Below, one piece after another: positions 8,483 through 17,619 of a DNA stretch of 17,870 nt (its first letter is position 1; every line of letters starts with the position of its first letter). Under the pieces are notes generated by a model. It was not told where the DNA came from. It did no database searches and worked only from the letters and a program-made list of their open reading frames with translations. Made by a program: the position numbers and the translations under genes. This DNA comes from Desulfurococcaceae archaeon (GTDB lineage Archaea; Thermoproteota; Thermoprotei_A; Sulfolobales; Desulfurococcaceae): the NCBI GenBank assembly GCA_038824035.1, contig JAWBBW010000023.1, positions 1 to 17,870 of the forward strand, read 5' to 3'.

Positions 8483-9292
8483 TCACCACATAGACGTGGC
8501 TCTAAAGCCCTCTTTCATTATTTTTTTCAATTGATATTTAAAAAACAATATACCGATCGATAAGAAAACCAATGAATATATCGATCCCCTTATGAACAAC
8601 GTATTCAATGGGAGAACGGGTTGTGTTGCTATCAACGAATACCTTATCAACTCCGCTGGATAACTAAATGGTGTTATAAGTGCAAATAACTGCAATGGTT
8701 TTGGCAAAACACTAAGAGGTGTTAAGCCACCAGTGGCCACCGGCAATATGAAACCGAGGATCTCGACTATAAAGCCGCTGGTCCCGCTCGCTATCATTGA
8801 CCCACCCAAGATCAATGCGTATCCCACGAGGTTTATCAATAAAAGAGAGAAGCCGGCAATTAATAGATAAGGCTCTTGAAATAACAATAGCGGTGGACCA
8901 AGTATTATGGATAACACAGCGTAATTAACCAATAAGGCGATGGCCAGCCATATGAGAGATATTGGCAAAATACCTAGGAAATGGGGTAGAAATCCACTAC
9001 CACTAGCTATGTAATACTCCAATCTCCCATCATTGATCATCCACCTTAACTCAGCTGCCCAGTCCCATGTAGCGCTTGTATAAAACATGAACATTATAAT
9101 GCCTGTGAATATGTATCCAGATATTGACCTGGGATCTCTGCCAGGCTCTGCGAACAACATCAAAGGCGTGATCATCAGTGTTATCCAGATAGCGAAGCTC
9201 AGAAGCCCATATATGAAGCCTCTACTACGCGTCATCTCGGATATGAAATACGCCTTGAAAACAGCCCACGCTCTTTTAACTAGTTTTGACAC
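8483..9292 (-). CDS. ABC-2 type exporter permease
   Basis: 269 aa with about six hydrophobic segments, GRLEYYIAS and a P..LP..LQ......P motif. It overlaps the upstream permease gene. Confidence 0.82.
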   Translation of the reverse strand: MSKLVKRAWAVFKAYFISEMTRSRGFIYGLLSFAIWITLMITPLMLFAEPGRDPRSISGYIFTGIIMFMFYTSATWDWAAELRWMINDGRLEYYIASGSGFLPHFLGILPISLIWLAIALLVNYAVLSIILGPPLLLFQEPYLLIAGFSLLLINLVGYALILGGSMIASGTSGFIVEILGFILPVATGGLTPLSVLPKPLQLFALITPFSYPAELIRYSLIATQPVLPLNTLFIRGSIYSLVFLSIGILFFKYQLKKIMKEGFRATSMW

Positions 9293-10076
9293 CCTCGATC
9301 ACCTTTTTCCTCTCCCAATGCCTAAGGCTATGGCCACTCACTGGTAAGTACATGAGCGATGTGAGAATCGATATAACCAGCAATACATATGTCCCGGTAT
9401 ATATACCCGATAGTATTCTCTGCAACGCCTCTATTACGTGGGATGGGGGGATCATGTAACTGAGTAGATATCCTGCAAAGGGCATGTAAACCCTTGGGTA
9501 ATAAGCACCGAGGAGGATCATTAGAAGTGGTCTTACTATGTTCAAGACCCTCCAACTCTCCCCTATTGAGTGAACCAGCCCGGCCAGGGCTATCGCTAAT
9601 GGGATCGTGACAAGACACCCGAGTGCAATAATGCCGATGACAAGCAAGCCCATAGCTAATCCATGTAACCCATAGTAAAACGTATATACAGGTATCAAGC
9701 TCGTGAAACCCATTATCAACAATACCGTTAGCCTCGGTAAAGGTATCGCGAAATATAGTTTAAGCCTATTCACCGGAGATGCTATTACATATGGCAATGT
9801 ACCTATGAACATGTCATTCAATGGTCGCCATAGAACATCATCCACGCTCGACAACATGGACATAACCGTGTAACTGGCTGTCAACATGAAGATCACTGGG
9901 TCGACGCCTGTTCTCTCGATAAATATCTCTCTTGAGCCGCCAGCGAAACCTATGAATAACGTGAAAGCTGTGAACAAGTAAGGATACATTATTATCGCTA
10001 CAAGGGCTGATTTTCTCCTGAAAAGCTCTCCGTAGACAAGTTTATACTCCGCTAACACGAGTTCCCTAAAACTCAT
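9276..10076 (-). CDS. ABC-2 type exporter permease
   Basis: 266 aa, multi-TM, with GTLPYVIASP and LLGAYYP motifs. It has an ATGA overlap with the ATPase stop. Confidence 0.82.
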   Translation of the reverse strand: MSFRELVLAEYKLVYGELFRRKSALVAIIMYPYLFTAFTLFIGFAGGSREIFIERTGVDPVIFMLTASYTVMSMLSSVDDVLWRPLNDMFIGTLPYVIASPVNRLKLYFAIPLPRLTVLLIMGFTSLIPVYTFYYGLHGLAMGLLVIGIIALGCLVTIPLAIALAGLVHSIGESWRVLNIVRPLLMILLGAYYPRVYMPFAGYLLSYMIPPSHVIEALQRILSGIYTGTYVLLVISILTSLMYLPVSGHSLRHWERKKVIEGVKTS

Positions 10077-11062
10077 GCTGAACCCCCACTGAAATATATA
10101 AACACGTCCTCCAGTGTTGGCTCTTCTATGTTAACAGATAATATCTCAAACCCATTCCTCATGTATTTCTTCAATAATTCGTCCAGGTAATCCTCTGGCC
10201 TGTTCAAATGTAACTTGATCCTATATATATCGTTTTCCTCTCTCTTAACCTCGAATTTGCCCTTGATATGGTTTAACGGGTCATCGACCTTTCCATTGCC
10301 CTTGACAAGTAATTGAAGCACCTTCATTTTCGGCAACCGCGCCTTTAACTCCTGGGGACTGCCTTCGACGACTACTTGGCCTCTATTGATCATTATGATC
10401 CTGTCACATACCATTTCCGCTTCAAACATATTATGTGTTGTGTACAATATTGCTTTTCCATCTCTATGTGCCAGTTCTCGAACTAATTCTCGAATTCTCC
10501 TAGCACTGGGTGGGTCTAACCCTAGTGTGGGCTCATCAAGTAATAATACGGGGGCATCACTTATCAAGGCCCTTGCGAGGCTAAGCCTAGCCTTCATGCC
10601 CAGGCTGAACTCTTCGAATAGTTTGTAATCACCTCCTAGTTTATCCAATTCCAGTAATTTTATTAAATAATCAATCCTTTCCCTGGCCTTATCCCTCGAT
10701 AGACCATAAAGAGCCGCGAAGTATTCGAGGTTTTCGCGCCCAGTTAGTTTGCCATAAAATCCTTTTTCAACTGTCAACATCATGCCTATGTTTCTCCTGA
10801 CTTTGCTGGGTTCTCTGACAACGTCATAACCAGCTACAATCGCCTCGCCTTTATCGGGTAATAAAAGGGTTGCAAGTATCTTGATCGTCGTTGTTTTACC
10901 AGCCCCATTAGGGCCCAATAAGCCGACAACTTCGCCATATCTCACCGTAAAACTCACACCTCTTAATGCCTCCACAACCTCCACTGTTGATCTCATGAAC
11001 CCACTTCTCTTCTTGACCCTATATGTCTTGAACAACCCTTTTGCTTCAACAGCATTTCCCAA
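10073..11062 (-). CDS. ABC transporter ATP-binding protein (multidrug/DrrA-like exporter)
   Basis: Walker A GPNGAGKTT, signature FSLGMK, Walker B LLLDEPT, H-loop TTHN and C-terminal EPTLEDVF. The start codon is TTG. Confidence 0.92.
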   Translation of the reverse strand: MGNAVEAKGLFKTYRVKKRSGFMRSTVEVVEALRGVSFTVRYGEVVGLLGPNGAGKTTTIKILATLLLPDKGEAIVAGYDVVREPSKVRRNIGMMLTVEKGFYGKLTGRENLEYFAALYGLSRDKARERIDYLIKLLELDKLGGDYKLFEEFSLGMKARLSLARALISDAPVLLLDEPTLGLDPPSARRIRELVRELAHRDGKAILYTTHNMFEAEMVCDRIIMINRGQVVVEGSPQELKARLPKMKVLQLLVKGNGKVDDPLNHIKGKFEVKREENDIYRIKLHLNRPEDYLDELLKKYMRNGFEILSVNIEEPTLEDVFIYFSGGSA

Positions 11063-11276
11063 GCCTTATCCCCATAGCTTTTTACACAGATCTATGCCCG
11101 TAAATCGCGTGACATGAGTGCTGATCACTAATTTATTTCCCTGCTTCAAAGTAAAGTGTTTTTACCTATTTTAAATTTAAAATATCTAATTAAAATTCAC
11201 ATAGGGCCATGGCGATCTTATATTATAACACGCATTAATACCCCATGTAGCATTTTATTTACCCTGGTGTAACTGA

Positions 11277-12389
11277 ATGGTAGATCCCCGCGTAAGCAAT
11301 CTCGCCAAATTAATTGTCAATTACTGTGTGTATTTGAAGAAAGGAGAGGAGATAGTTATCAATGCAACCACGGAATCGATCCCACTTATAAGGGAACTAG
11401 TTAAGTATGCTGTAGAAGCTGGCGCTTACCCTGTTTTTATAAATCTAAACGAGGAGTCTATTATGGAGGTTTTCTACAAGTACGCGCCTTTCGAGGTTTT
11501 AAGCCATGTTAGTTTGATTGAGAAAGAGTTGGTCTCAAGGGTAAACGCCTTGATCAATATATTGGCGCCCTCTCATACTAAGCCATTAATGGGGATCGAT
11601 CCTGAGAAATTGAAGGTGAGGAGCATGGCTAGGAAAGAGTTGAACATGATATACTTGGAGAGAAGCGCTAAAGGCGAATTAAAATGGGTTGTAGCACCTT
11701 ATCCAACAAAGGCATTGGCACAAGAAGCTGGGATGAGTATTGGTGAATACGAGGACTTCGTGTATCACGCCACTTACGCCGATACATCAGACCCCGTGAA
11801 AGCCTGGCTAGAGATAAGTGAGAAACAGAATAGAATAGTTGAGTTCTTGAACAAAGCCCATGAGATCAGATATATAGGTGAGGGAATAGACCTATACTTG
11901 AGGACCGATGGCAGAAAATGGATAAACGATGATGGACATCACAACATGCCTGGAGGCGAGGCGTTTTCAGCCCCCATCGAAGATAGTGTCGAGGGATATG
12001 TGAAATTCGAATACCCGGCTATATGGAGAGGGGTTGAGGTAGATGGGGTGAAGCTAGTATTTAGAAAAGGAGAGGTTGTAGAAGCATCAGCCGTGAAAGG
12101 AAATGAGTTTTTGAGGAAAATGCTTGAAACAGATGACGGTGCCCGGAGAGTGGGCGAGATAGCCTTTGGGTTAAACTACAATATCACGAAGTTCACCAAG
12201 GAAATATTGTTCGACGAGAAGATAGGTGGCACAATACACTTAGCACTCGGCTCATCATACCCAGAGACAGGTGGTTTAAATAAATCAGCCATTCACTGGG
12301 ATATGATCAAAGATATGAGAAATGCTAAAGTGTTCGTAGATGGAGATCTAGTGTACGAGAACGGCGTATTTCTCTACGAATTGCTCTAG
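11277..12389 (+). CDS. Thermophilic metallo-aminopeptidase, peptidase family M29 (AmpS/AmpT-like)
   Basis: Motifs NMPGGEAF, GEIAFGLN, LFDEKIGGTIHLALGSSY and SAIHWDMI. Confidence 0.92.
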   Translation: MVDPRVSNLAKLIVNYCVYLKKGEEIVINATTESIPLIRELVKYAVEAGAYPVFINLNEESIMEVFYKYAPFEVLSHVSLIEKELVSRVNALINILAPSHTKPLMGIDPEKLKVRSMARKELNMIYLERSAKGELKWVVAPYPTKALAQEAGMSIGEYEDFVYHATYADTSDPVKAWLEISEKQNRIVEFLNKAHEIRYIGEGIDLYLRTDGRKWINDDGHHNMPGGEAFSAPIEDSVEGYVKFEYPAIWRGVEVDGVKLVFRKGEVVEASAVKGNEFLRKMLETDDGARRVGEIAFGLNYNITKFTKEILFDEKIGGTIHLALGSSYPETGGLNKSAIHWDMIKDMRNAKVFVDGDLVYENGVFLYELL

Positions 12390-13167
12390 TTTTCATCAAC
12401 TCCCGATCATTTATAAATAAATCCAGCAAGGATATCTACTTGTATAACCCGTGTCACTTTCTAGCCTCACGTAATGTGGAATACCGCGGTCCACGTGCTG
12501 GGAATGCTACATTCCACCAGGTTCTATGTATGTTACTAGTTACAGTTATGGCTACTCTGAAAACTCCTGTTACATATACCTGATCAACCAGTGTCTAAGG
12601 TAAAGCAACCCTGTCATTACTTTGTTGAAATCCTTAGCTCTTCCATGAAACCAGATCAGGCCTCAACCGTGATGATATGTTTTTGAGACCTATGCAATAC
12701 GAGACCCCTTATTCCTTCGCCATCATTGATAGGTATGTAGAGCTTGTCATCACTCAACTTGATCTTGTCCACTCATATTAGTGGCTTCAAGCCTTTGTAC
12801 TCATGACTGAGAGACCTTATCACTTAACTCTTGAAAACCCGGGGTATATAACAGCGATCGCAACATATTTCGCAATGATGGCCATAACACTTGTTACCAA
12901 TATGCATTGAACCATCGTGGAGGCCTGGGACACGATATACAAGGGCATAGGGGTCAAGCGATCCAGACTTCATCGCGTTACCCTATTTCTTGGAAAACCA
13001 TCTCAACCTAGCCCTCAAATGAGCTCTAATCAATCGAGATTAAAGGTGTTCTCTCACTTATCTCATCCACTATAACAAGGAATTGAATGGCCGGCCACGT
13101 ATCGTGGAGAACACCACACCAAGATCACAGCCACTACAGTTATTAAGAGTCCTCGGAATATATTAAA

Positions 13168-13222
13168 TTGATGATGAAACGACGGTAGTCAGAACTGTGA
13201 AGACCGTTTCCCCTACCTGACA
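13168..13222 (+). ncRNA. Box C/D guide sRNA (2'-O-methylation guide)
   Basis: Reads ATGATGA (C, 13171-13177), AACGACGGTAGT (12-nt guide), CAGA (D', 13190-13193), ACT, GTGAAGA (C', 13197-13203), CCGTTTCCCCTAC (13-nt guide), CTGA (D, 13217-13220), flanked by TG...CA. It is intergenic, with a TATA-like TTATTAA at 13140-13146. Confidence 0.86.
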
Positions 13223-13269
13223 TTCATATAGATTAGCGTGCAAAGACTTTATGTAGGGTTAAAAATGCG

Positions 13270-15501
13270 TTAATCTAGGTAAGTCCCTCCTATGTAATCG
13301 TGGCCAGGTATACTCCAGGCCTTAACCAGCCTTGTAGATATGGTGTAAACTCTGTCATCTATATACACCACTCTAATAGCGCTCTCGTGGTCCAATATGT
13401 TGGAGATGTATAGCCTTTTCTCAGCCAGGTCGACTTTCAGCGCTAAGACGCCTGAAATCAACTCCCTTGATATGGAATCTATGAGTGTTGCCGGTAAATA
13501 TACCACATCATACCTCCGATCATATATGAAGGCGTGGTGATCTCCAAGGACAATGCTCCATCCCAATATCCTAATAGAGCTTGTTTCCACGATATTTAAT
13601 GGATTTTCTACGTCGAATAAGCTTATTTTCAAATATTGATCCTCCGCTCCCACACCCAGTAGCAAATCATCTGAGACAGGGTGCAGGTATTCACTAAATC
13701 CCGGTATTTTCAAGTAACCGATTATCCTTGGAAACCTTGGATCACTGATATCAATGGCAAATAATGGGTCCACGTTTCTAAATGTAACTAGGTAAAACAC
13801 GTTCTTGATCAACCTAGCCGCATATATCCTCTCGTTCTCAGCTATACCTCTCAAATGCCCTATTACCCCGAGGTTATATGTGTCTATCACATAGACATGA
13901 TTATCGGTCTTGACTGTTTCCACATACATCGCTATCCTCGGCTTGGCGACGGCATTGTATAATTCCTTGACCTGAGTTGTTGTGATATTTACAGCAATGG
14001 CCTTGGTGGTGCATACATCGTTCTCACACACTACTACTTCAATTTGCCCTTTCCTAGCTATCTGCACAGGCAACGGCATAGCCACTGATATTTCTTCGAA
14101 AAATACCTTGAACACTGGTTTGAACAATGTGGTTGTCGTGGCCGTTATGAAGTACTCGCCGTTTTCAAGCTCCTCCATTGCGAATTGATCAAGTACATTG
14201 CCCTCAACTTTCACAAAGCCTTTGAAAGAATTGACAGTCCCATTAACCTCTATTACAGTGAACACCGTGTATGATGAATAAGTGGGCATCGCGCTATTAA
14301 CTGCTTCAACGAGTTCTACTGCCTTTTCCTTATCAAGTGTCTGTAAATATGACTCTATTATTGCGAATGCCTCTTCGTAGTTATTCTCATTCACTAACCT
14401 AGATATATTCGAGTAGATCTCTCTGGGCAACGCATTTAAGGCTATAGTTGTGTTCACAAATATCTCTTTGTACTTATCATAGATATTCATCGATAAGTAA
14501 TTATCGGTTTTGCTAGCTAGGTACAGTTTTCTCGAGGTCATGTAGATCCAATCCACTGTGTTTTGTAATATAGCTGTACTATTCATGGCACCGCTTGAGA
14601 TGTCTAAGCTAAGCAATACAACATAGTGTAGAGCCGGCTCCTCCGATATCACGATATTCGACGCTGGTATGTATTCACCATTAATTCTCGGTATTAATGG
14701 CACATATTTACCGCCCTCTATTCTGAAACACGGCATAGTCGTTACTGCATATAAATAATTATTGACTAATCTGCTACCGCTTAGATCACCATCCATGATG
14801 ATCTTGTTGACAATAACCGGGTTACTGATATTTGATATATCAACCACCATTATGAGGGTTTCTCCGATTGCCTGGAAATAATAGGCCCTAATGGGCAATA
14901 TCGTGACTGGGTATGACCTGGATGCTAACACAACTAGTTTTTCATTGAATACGTACAAGCCCTTACCAACATATGGATAGCCCGATTCCTCTGGTATCTT
15001 GAACTTACCAATAACATTCATACTGAGTGGATCAAATATCACGATTTCGCTTTCCCTGAGTATATATATGTATCTGCCATCGGTCTTTACCACGTCCTGC
15101 TCATCAACACCCCTAACTTGGATATTAGTAGACGAGTACTCAGTTAACACATAGCTTTCACTTCTTGGAACAACTGCCACGGCAGGAGCGACCACGGTGG
15201 TTCCAGCCCCTGGGATAGCCGTGGTCAATGTCCCGGTTTTTACTAGAAGCCTCAATGAATCATTCAATGCCTTTAAAACTCTTGCGTAGTCATTGCCCTG
15301 TGGAGCACTGGTGATCGTAGTTACAGATATCAACGAACTTGTGTCAACTGGTCTAATAGGTTCAGGTGTAGTAGTTATCGATGTCTCTATTACCATTTGT
15401 TGCCCGGGTATTTGCACCATCGATGGCAGTGTTACCACTAATATGCCAAGTATCAATGAGGCCAGTATTAACAATACCATTGACTTGCTAACCGTATTCA
15501 C
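13270..15501 (-). CDS. Membrane-anchored/secreted beta-propeller domain protein (Beta_propel family)
   Basis: N-terminal hydrophobic helix, Thr/Ser/Pro-rich linker, and family motifs YSSTNIQVRGVDEQDVVKTDGRYIY, LDQFAMEE, ERIYAAR, YLVTFRNVDPLFAIDISDP and LKIPGFSEYLHP. The likely start is GTG 15501 after AGGTGA; the ORF track start is 15567. Confidence 0.88.
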   Translation of the reverse strand: MNTVSKSMVLLILASLILGILVVTLPSMVQIPGQQMVIETSITTTPEPIRPVDTSSLISVTTITSAPQGNDYARVLKALNDSLRLLVKTGTLTTAIPGAGTTVVAPAVAVVPRSESYVLTEYSSTNIQVRGVDEQDVVKTDGRYIYILRESEIVIFDPLSMNVIGKFKIPEESGYPYVGKGLYVFNEKLVVLASRSYPVTILPIRAYYFQAIGETLIMVVDISNISNPVIVNKIIMDGDLSGSRLVNNYLYAVTTMPCFRIEGGKYVPLIPRINGEYIPASNIVISEEPALHYVVLLSLDISSGAMNSTAILQNTVDWIYMTSRKLYLASKTDNYLSMNIYDKYKEIFVNTTIALNALPREIYSNISRLVNENNYEEAFAIIESYLQTLDKEKAVELVEAVNSAMPTYSSYTVFTVIEVNGTVNSFKGFVKVEGNVLDQFAMEELENGEYFITATTTTLFKPVFKVFFEEISVAMPLPVQIARKGQIEVVVCENDVCTTKAIAVNITTTQVKELYNAVAKPRIAMYVETVKTDNHVYVIDTYNLGVIGHLRGIAENERIYAARLIKNVFYLVTFRNVDPLFAIDISDPRFPRIIGYLKIPGFSEYLHPVSDDLLLGVGAEDQYLKISLFDVENPLNIVETSSIRILGWSIVLGDHHAFIYDRRYDVVYLPATLIDSISRELISGVLALKVDLAEKRLYISNILDHESAIRVVYIDDRVYTISTRLVKAWSIPGHDYIGGTYLD

Positions 15502-15550
15502 ATATATCACCTGACTTATAGGAGAACATATATGTTTTAATAGTAATCGA

Positions 15551-15579
15551 TTGTACAAGTTGTGCAATCAATTGGACAA
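15551..15579. promoter_or_regulatory. Triple TTGnnCAA palindrome array (candidate operator) between divergent TATA boxes
   Basis: TTGTACAA 15551-15558, TTGTGCAA 15560-15567 and TTGGACAA 15572-15579. The array is flanked by minus-strand TATTAAAA (15542-15535) and plus-strand TTTATTAA (15588-15595). Confidence 0.6.
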
Positions 15580-15630
15580 GTAACCCCTTTATTAAGAATT
15601 CGTAGCTGAGAAATAATTGGAGATTGCAAA

Positions 15631-16047
15631 ATGACAAACGAAGAACTCGATGAAGCTGAGAAAAGCATTTATCTCTACCTATTACAGAGAAAAAAACCCA
15701 TGGGAGTCAGGGAAATAGCGAAAGACCTTGATTTGCCAACTAGCACAGTGCATTATAATCTCAAGAAGCTATTGAACAAGGGAATAGTGGGAAGGAGTAT
15801 AGAGGGTTATTTCATCAAAAGACATGTCAACATAGAGGGCTTTGTAATAATAGGGTATAAGCTTGTACCGAAATTACTAGTGTATTCAGCTTTTTTCGCT
15901 GGCTCGACAATGGGGTGCGTTATTCTCATACTACTCTATGGTCTAACGCTTGAAAGATTACTATTACTATTGATCTCCTCCATAGCATTTTCACTGATGT
16001 TCATAGAGGGATATCTGGCGAGGAAAACCCTGTTCGAAAAGCACTAA
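15631..16047 (+). CDS. Winged helix-turn-helix transcription regulator with two C-terminal transmembrane helices
   Basis: IYLYLL..KKPMGVREIAKDLDLPTSTVHYNLKKLLNKGIV is an ArsR/TrmB-like wHTH. It is followed by the hydrophobic segments LLVYSAFFAGSTMGCVILILLYGL and LLLLLISSIAFSLMFIEGYL. Confidence 0.85.
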   Translation: MTNEELDEAEKSIYLYLLQRKKPMGVREIAKDLDLPTSTVHYNLKKLLNKGIVGRSIEGYFIKRHVNIEGFVIIGYKLVPKLLVYSAFFAGSTMGCVILILLYGLTLERLLLLLISSIAFSLMFIEGYLARKTLFEKH

Positions 16048-16066
16048 GACAATAAAGCGACACAAC

Positions 16067-16606
16067 TTATTCCTCTCGTTGTAGATATAATTCAAGGTGA
16101 AACTCCCCTTCTCCCTTGGCATCCTGCCATGATATTTCAAGCTCGGCTGTGTAAAGACCTGGTTCCACATCCAACGGTTGATCATAACCAGGTATAATGG
16201 CCATGACTCCACAGCAATTAGCGCCTTGAAGTATTCTGTAACAAGTCGCGTCTCCTCTTTGAAATACACATGGCATGTTAATCACGTATTCACGTTGCCC
16301 TTTCAGCTTCAAAACCATCGAGATCGCTATTGAAAACTCGCCAATAACCTCTCTGGGAATGACAACTGCTCTCACTTTCATTCTAGCAGGGATCCACACA
16401 TCGTGTACAATATATACAACCGACCCCGCTGGCTGAGATATCGAGAATTCCAATGAGCTCACTTTAACCCTGCCTCTGATATCCACTCTCCAAATAATAG
16501 TTGATAGAGCAGATACGGCTACTGCTAAACATATCGCTATAATCATCACCAGTAAATACTTCTTCCTTAGAAAAGCCTGTTTAAACTGAAACGAGGCATT
16601 TGCCAT
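16067..16606 (-). CDS. Hypothetical membrane-anchored/exported protein
   Basis: 179 aa with a basic N-terminus, one hydrophobic helix (YLLVMIIAICLAVAVSALSTIIW), a beta-rich body and a C-x8-C-x8-CC cluster. I recognise no family. Confidence 0.7.
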   Translation of the reverse strand: MANASFQFKQAFLRKKYLLVMIIAICLAVAVSALSTIIWRVDIRGRVKVSSLEFSISQPAGSVVYIVHDVWIPARMKVRAVVIPREVIGEFSIAISMVLKLKGQREYVINMPCVFQRGDATCYRILQGANCCGVMAIIPGYDQPLDVEPGLYTAELEISWQDAKGEGEFHLELYLQREE

Positions 16607-16784
16607 GATATAACCCTATCCCACGGTATATGGATCTCACTAAAACCCTAATATGTAATAAGTTCTTCCCGGGCTAGGTGACTTAAACCCAGTGTTTTGA
16701 AGCAAATGTCGTCTCCTATACCTAGCCACCACAATGTCTTTATTCATTTCAACACCACGTATCAACGCAACTAGCGCTGGGTTC

Positions 16785-17552
16785 CTATTTTGAACCACCT
16801 AATTTCTCTATAACCCAACTAGAGATCTCGGTTATAACCTTCATTTTAGACACATATGTCGAGAACACGTGTCCCCCATGATCCAATAACACTAGTTTCT
16901 TATCCCGTGTAGCCAGTTTCTCGTAGAATTCCCTTGACTGTGTATATGAAATTATTTGATCATCTTTCGCGTGTATTATTAAAACAGGTATCCTGACCTT
17001 ATCCGCTAACTCTATTGCATTGTATTTAACCATGTTTTCTAAAGCATCTGCTCTCATCCTGAAAGGGCCAAATACATAGTAGTCGCCAACCCTCTGTGCA
17101 AATAACCTTAGGTCTTTACCAGGTTCACTAAACCTCAGTGCAGGCGAGAGGAGCACTATACCCGATAACACATCACTGTATGCGACCGCCAATCTAACAG
17201 CTATATGTCCTCCCATACTTAAGCCAATCAACACTGTTTTAACTGGCTTATAATTATCGAGTAAATATTTCAACGCGTTTTCAGCATCCTCTAAAGCATA
17301 TTCGAACCTGAATTCCTCGAAATCGAGTGGGGAATCCCCATGTCCTCTATAATCGAACCTGAATACCAATAAACCTGATCTACACAGAGCCCTAGCAATA
17401 TCTACGAAAAGCCTGTTGCTTTCAACCTTATTACCTGTGAAACCATGTAACATCAAGGCTGCTTTGCCCGTGTCAGGGGAGTGTATGTGTATGTATGCAG
17501 AAAGCTCGTACCCAGCACTCGGGAATTTCAATGGCTTTTCAAGACAAGCCAT
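16785..17552 (-). CDS. Alpha/beta-fold serine hydrolase (esterase/peptidase)
   Basis: LHGFTG, FDYRGHGDS, nucleophile elbow GLSMGG, acid HAKDDQ and catalytic His GGHVF. Confidence 0.92.
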   Translation of the reverse strand: MACLEKPLKFPSAGYELSAYIHIHSPDTGKAALMLHGFTGNKVESNRLFVDIARALCRSGLLVFRFDYRGHGDSPLDFEEFRFEYALEDAENALKYLLDNYKPVKTVLIGLSMGGHIAVRLAVAYSDVLSGIVLLSPALRFSEPGKDLRLFAQRVGDYYVFGPFRMRADALENMVKYNAIELADKVRIPVLIIHAKDDQIISYTQSREFYEKLATRDKKLVLLDHGGHVFSTYVSKMKVITEISSWVIEKLGGSK

Positions 17553-17619
17553 AAAGGTTCACCACTGAATAAGAGTGCGAAATATCTATTTTATTAAGTA
17601 ATCTGTTAAATAAAGTGAT

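Noticed and set aside
12669-12755. GTGATGA C-box-like words on both strands
   Set aside because: No D box occurs within the expected ~50-60 nt.
9087-16269. Short alternative ORFs 9087..9347, 9328..9618, 10386..10628, 10881..11117, 13982..14188, 15293..15514 and 15991..16269
   Set aside because: They overlap confident genes in antisense or alternative frames and show no protein features.
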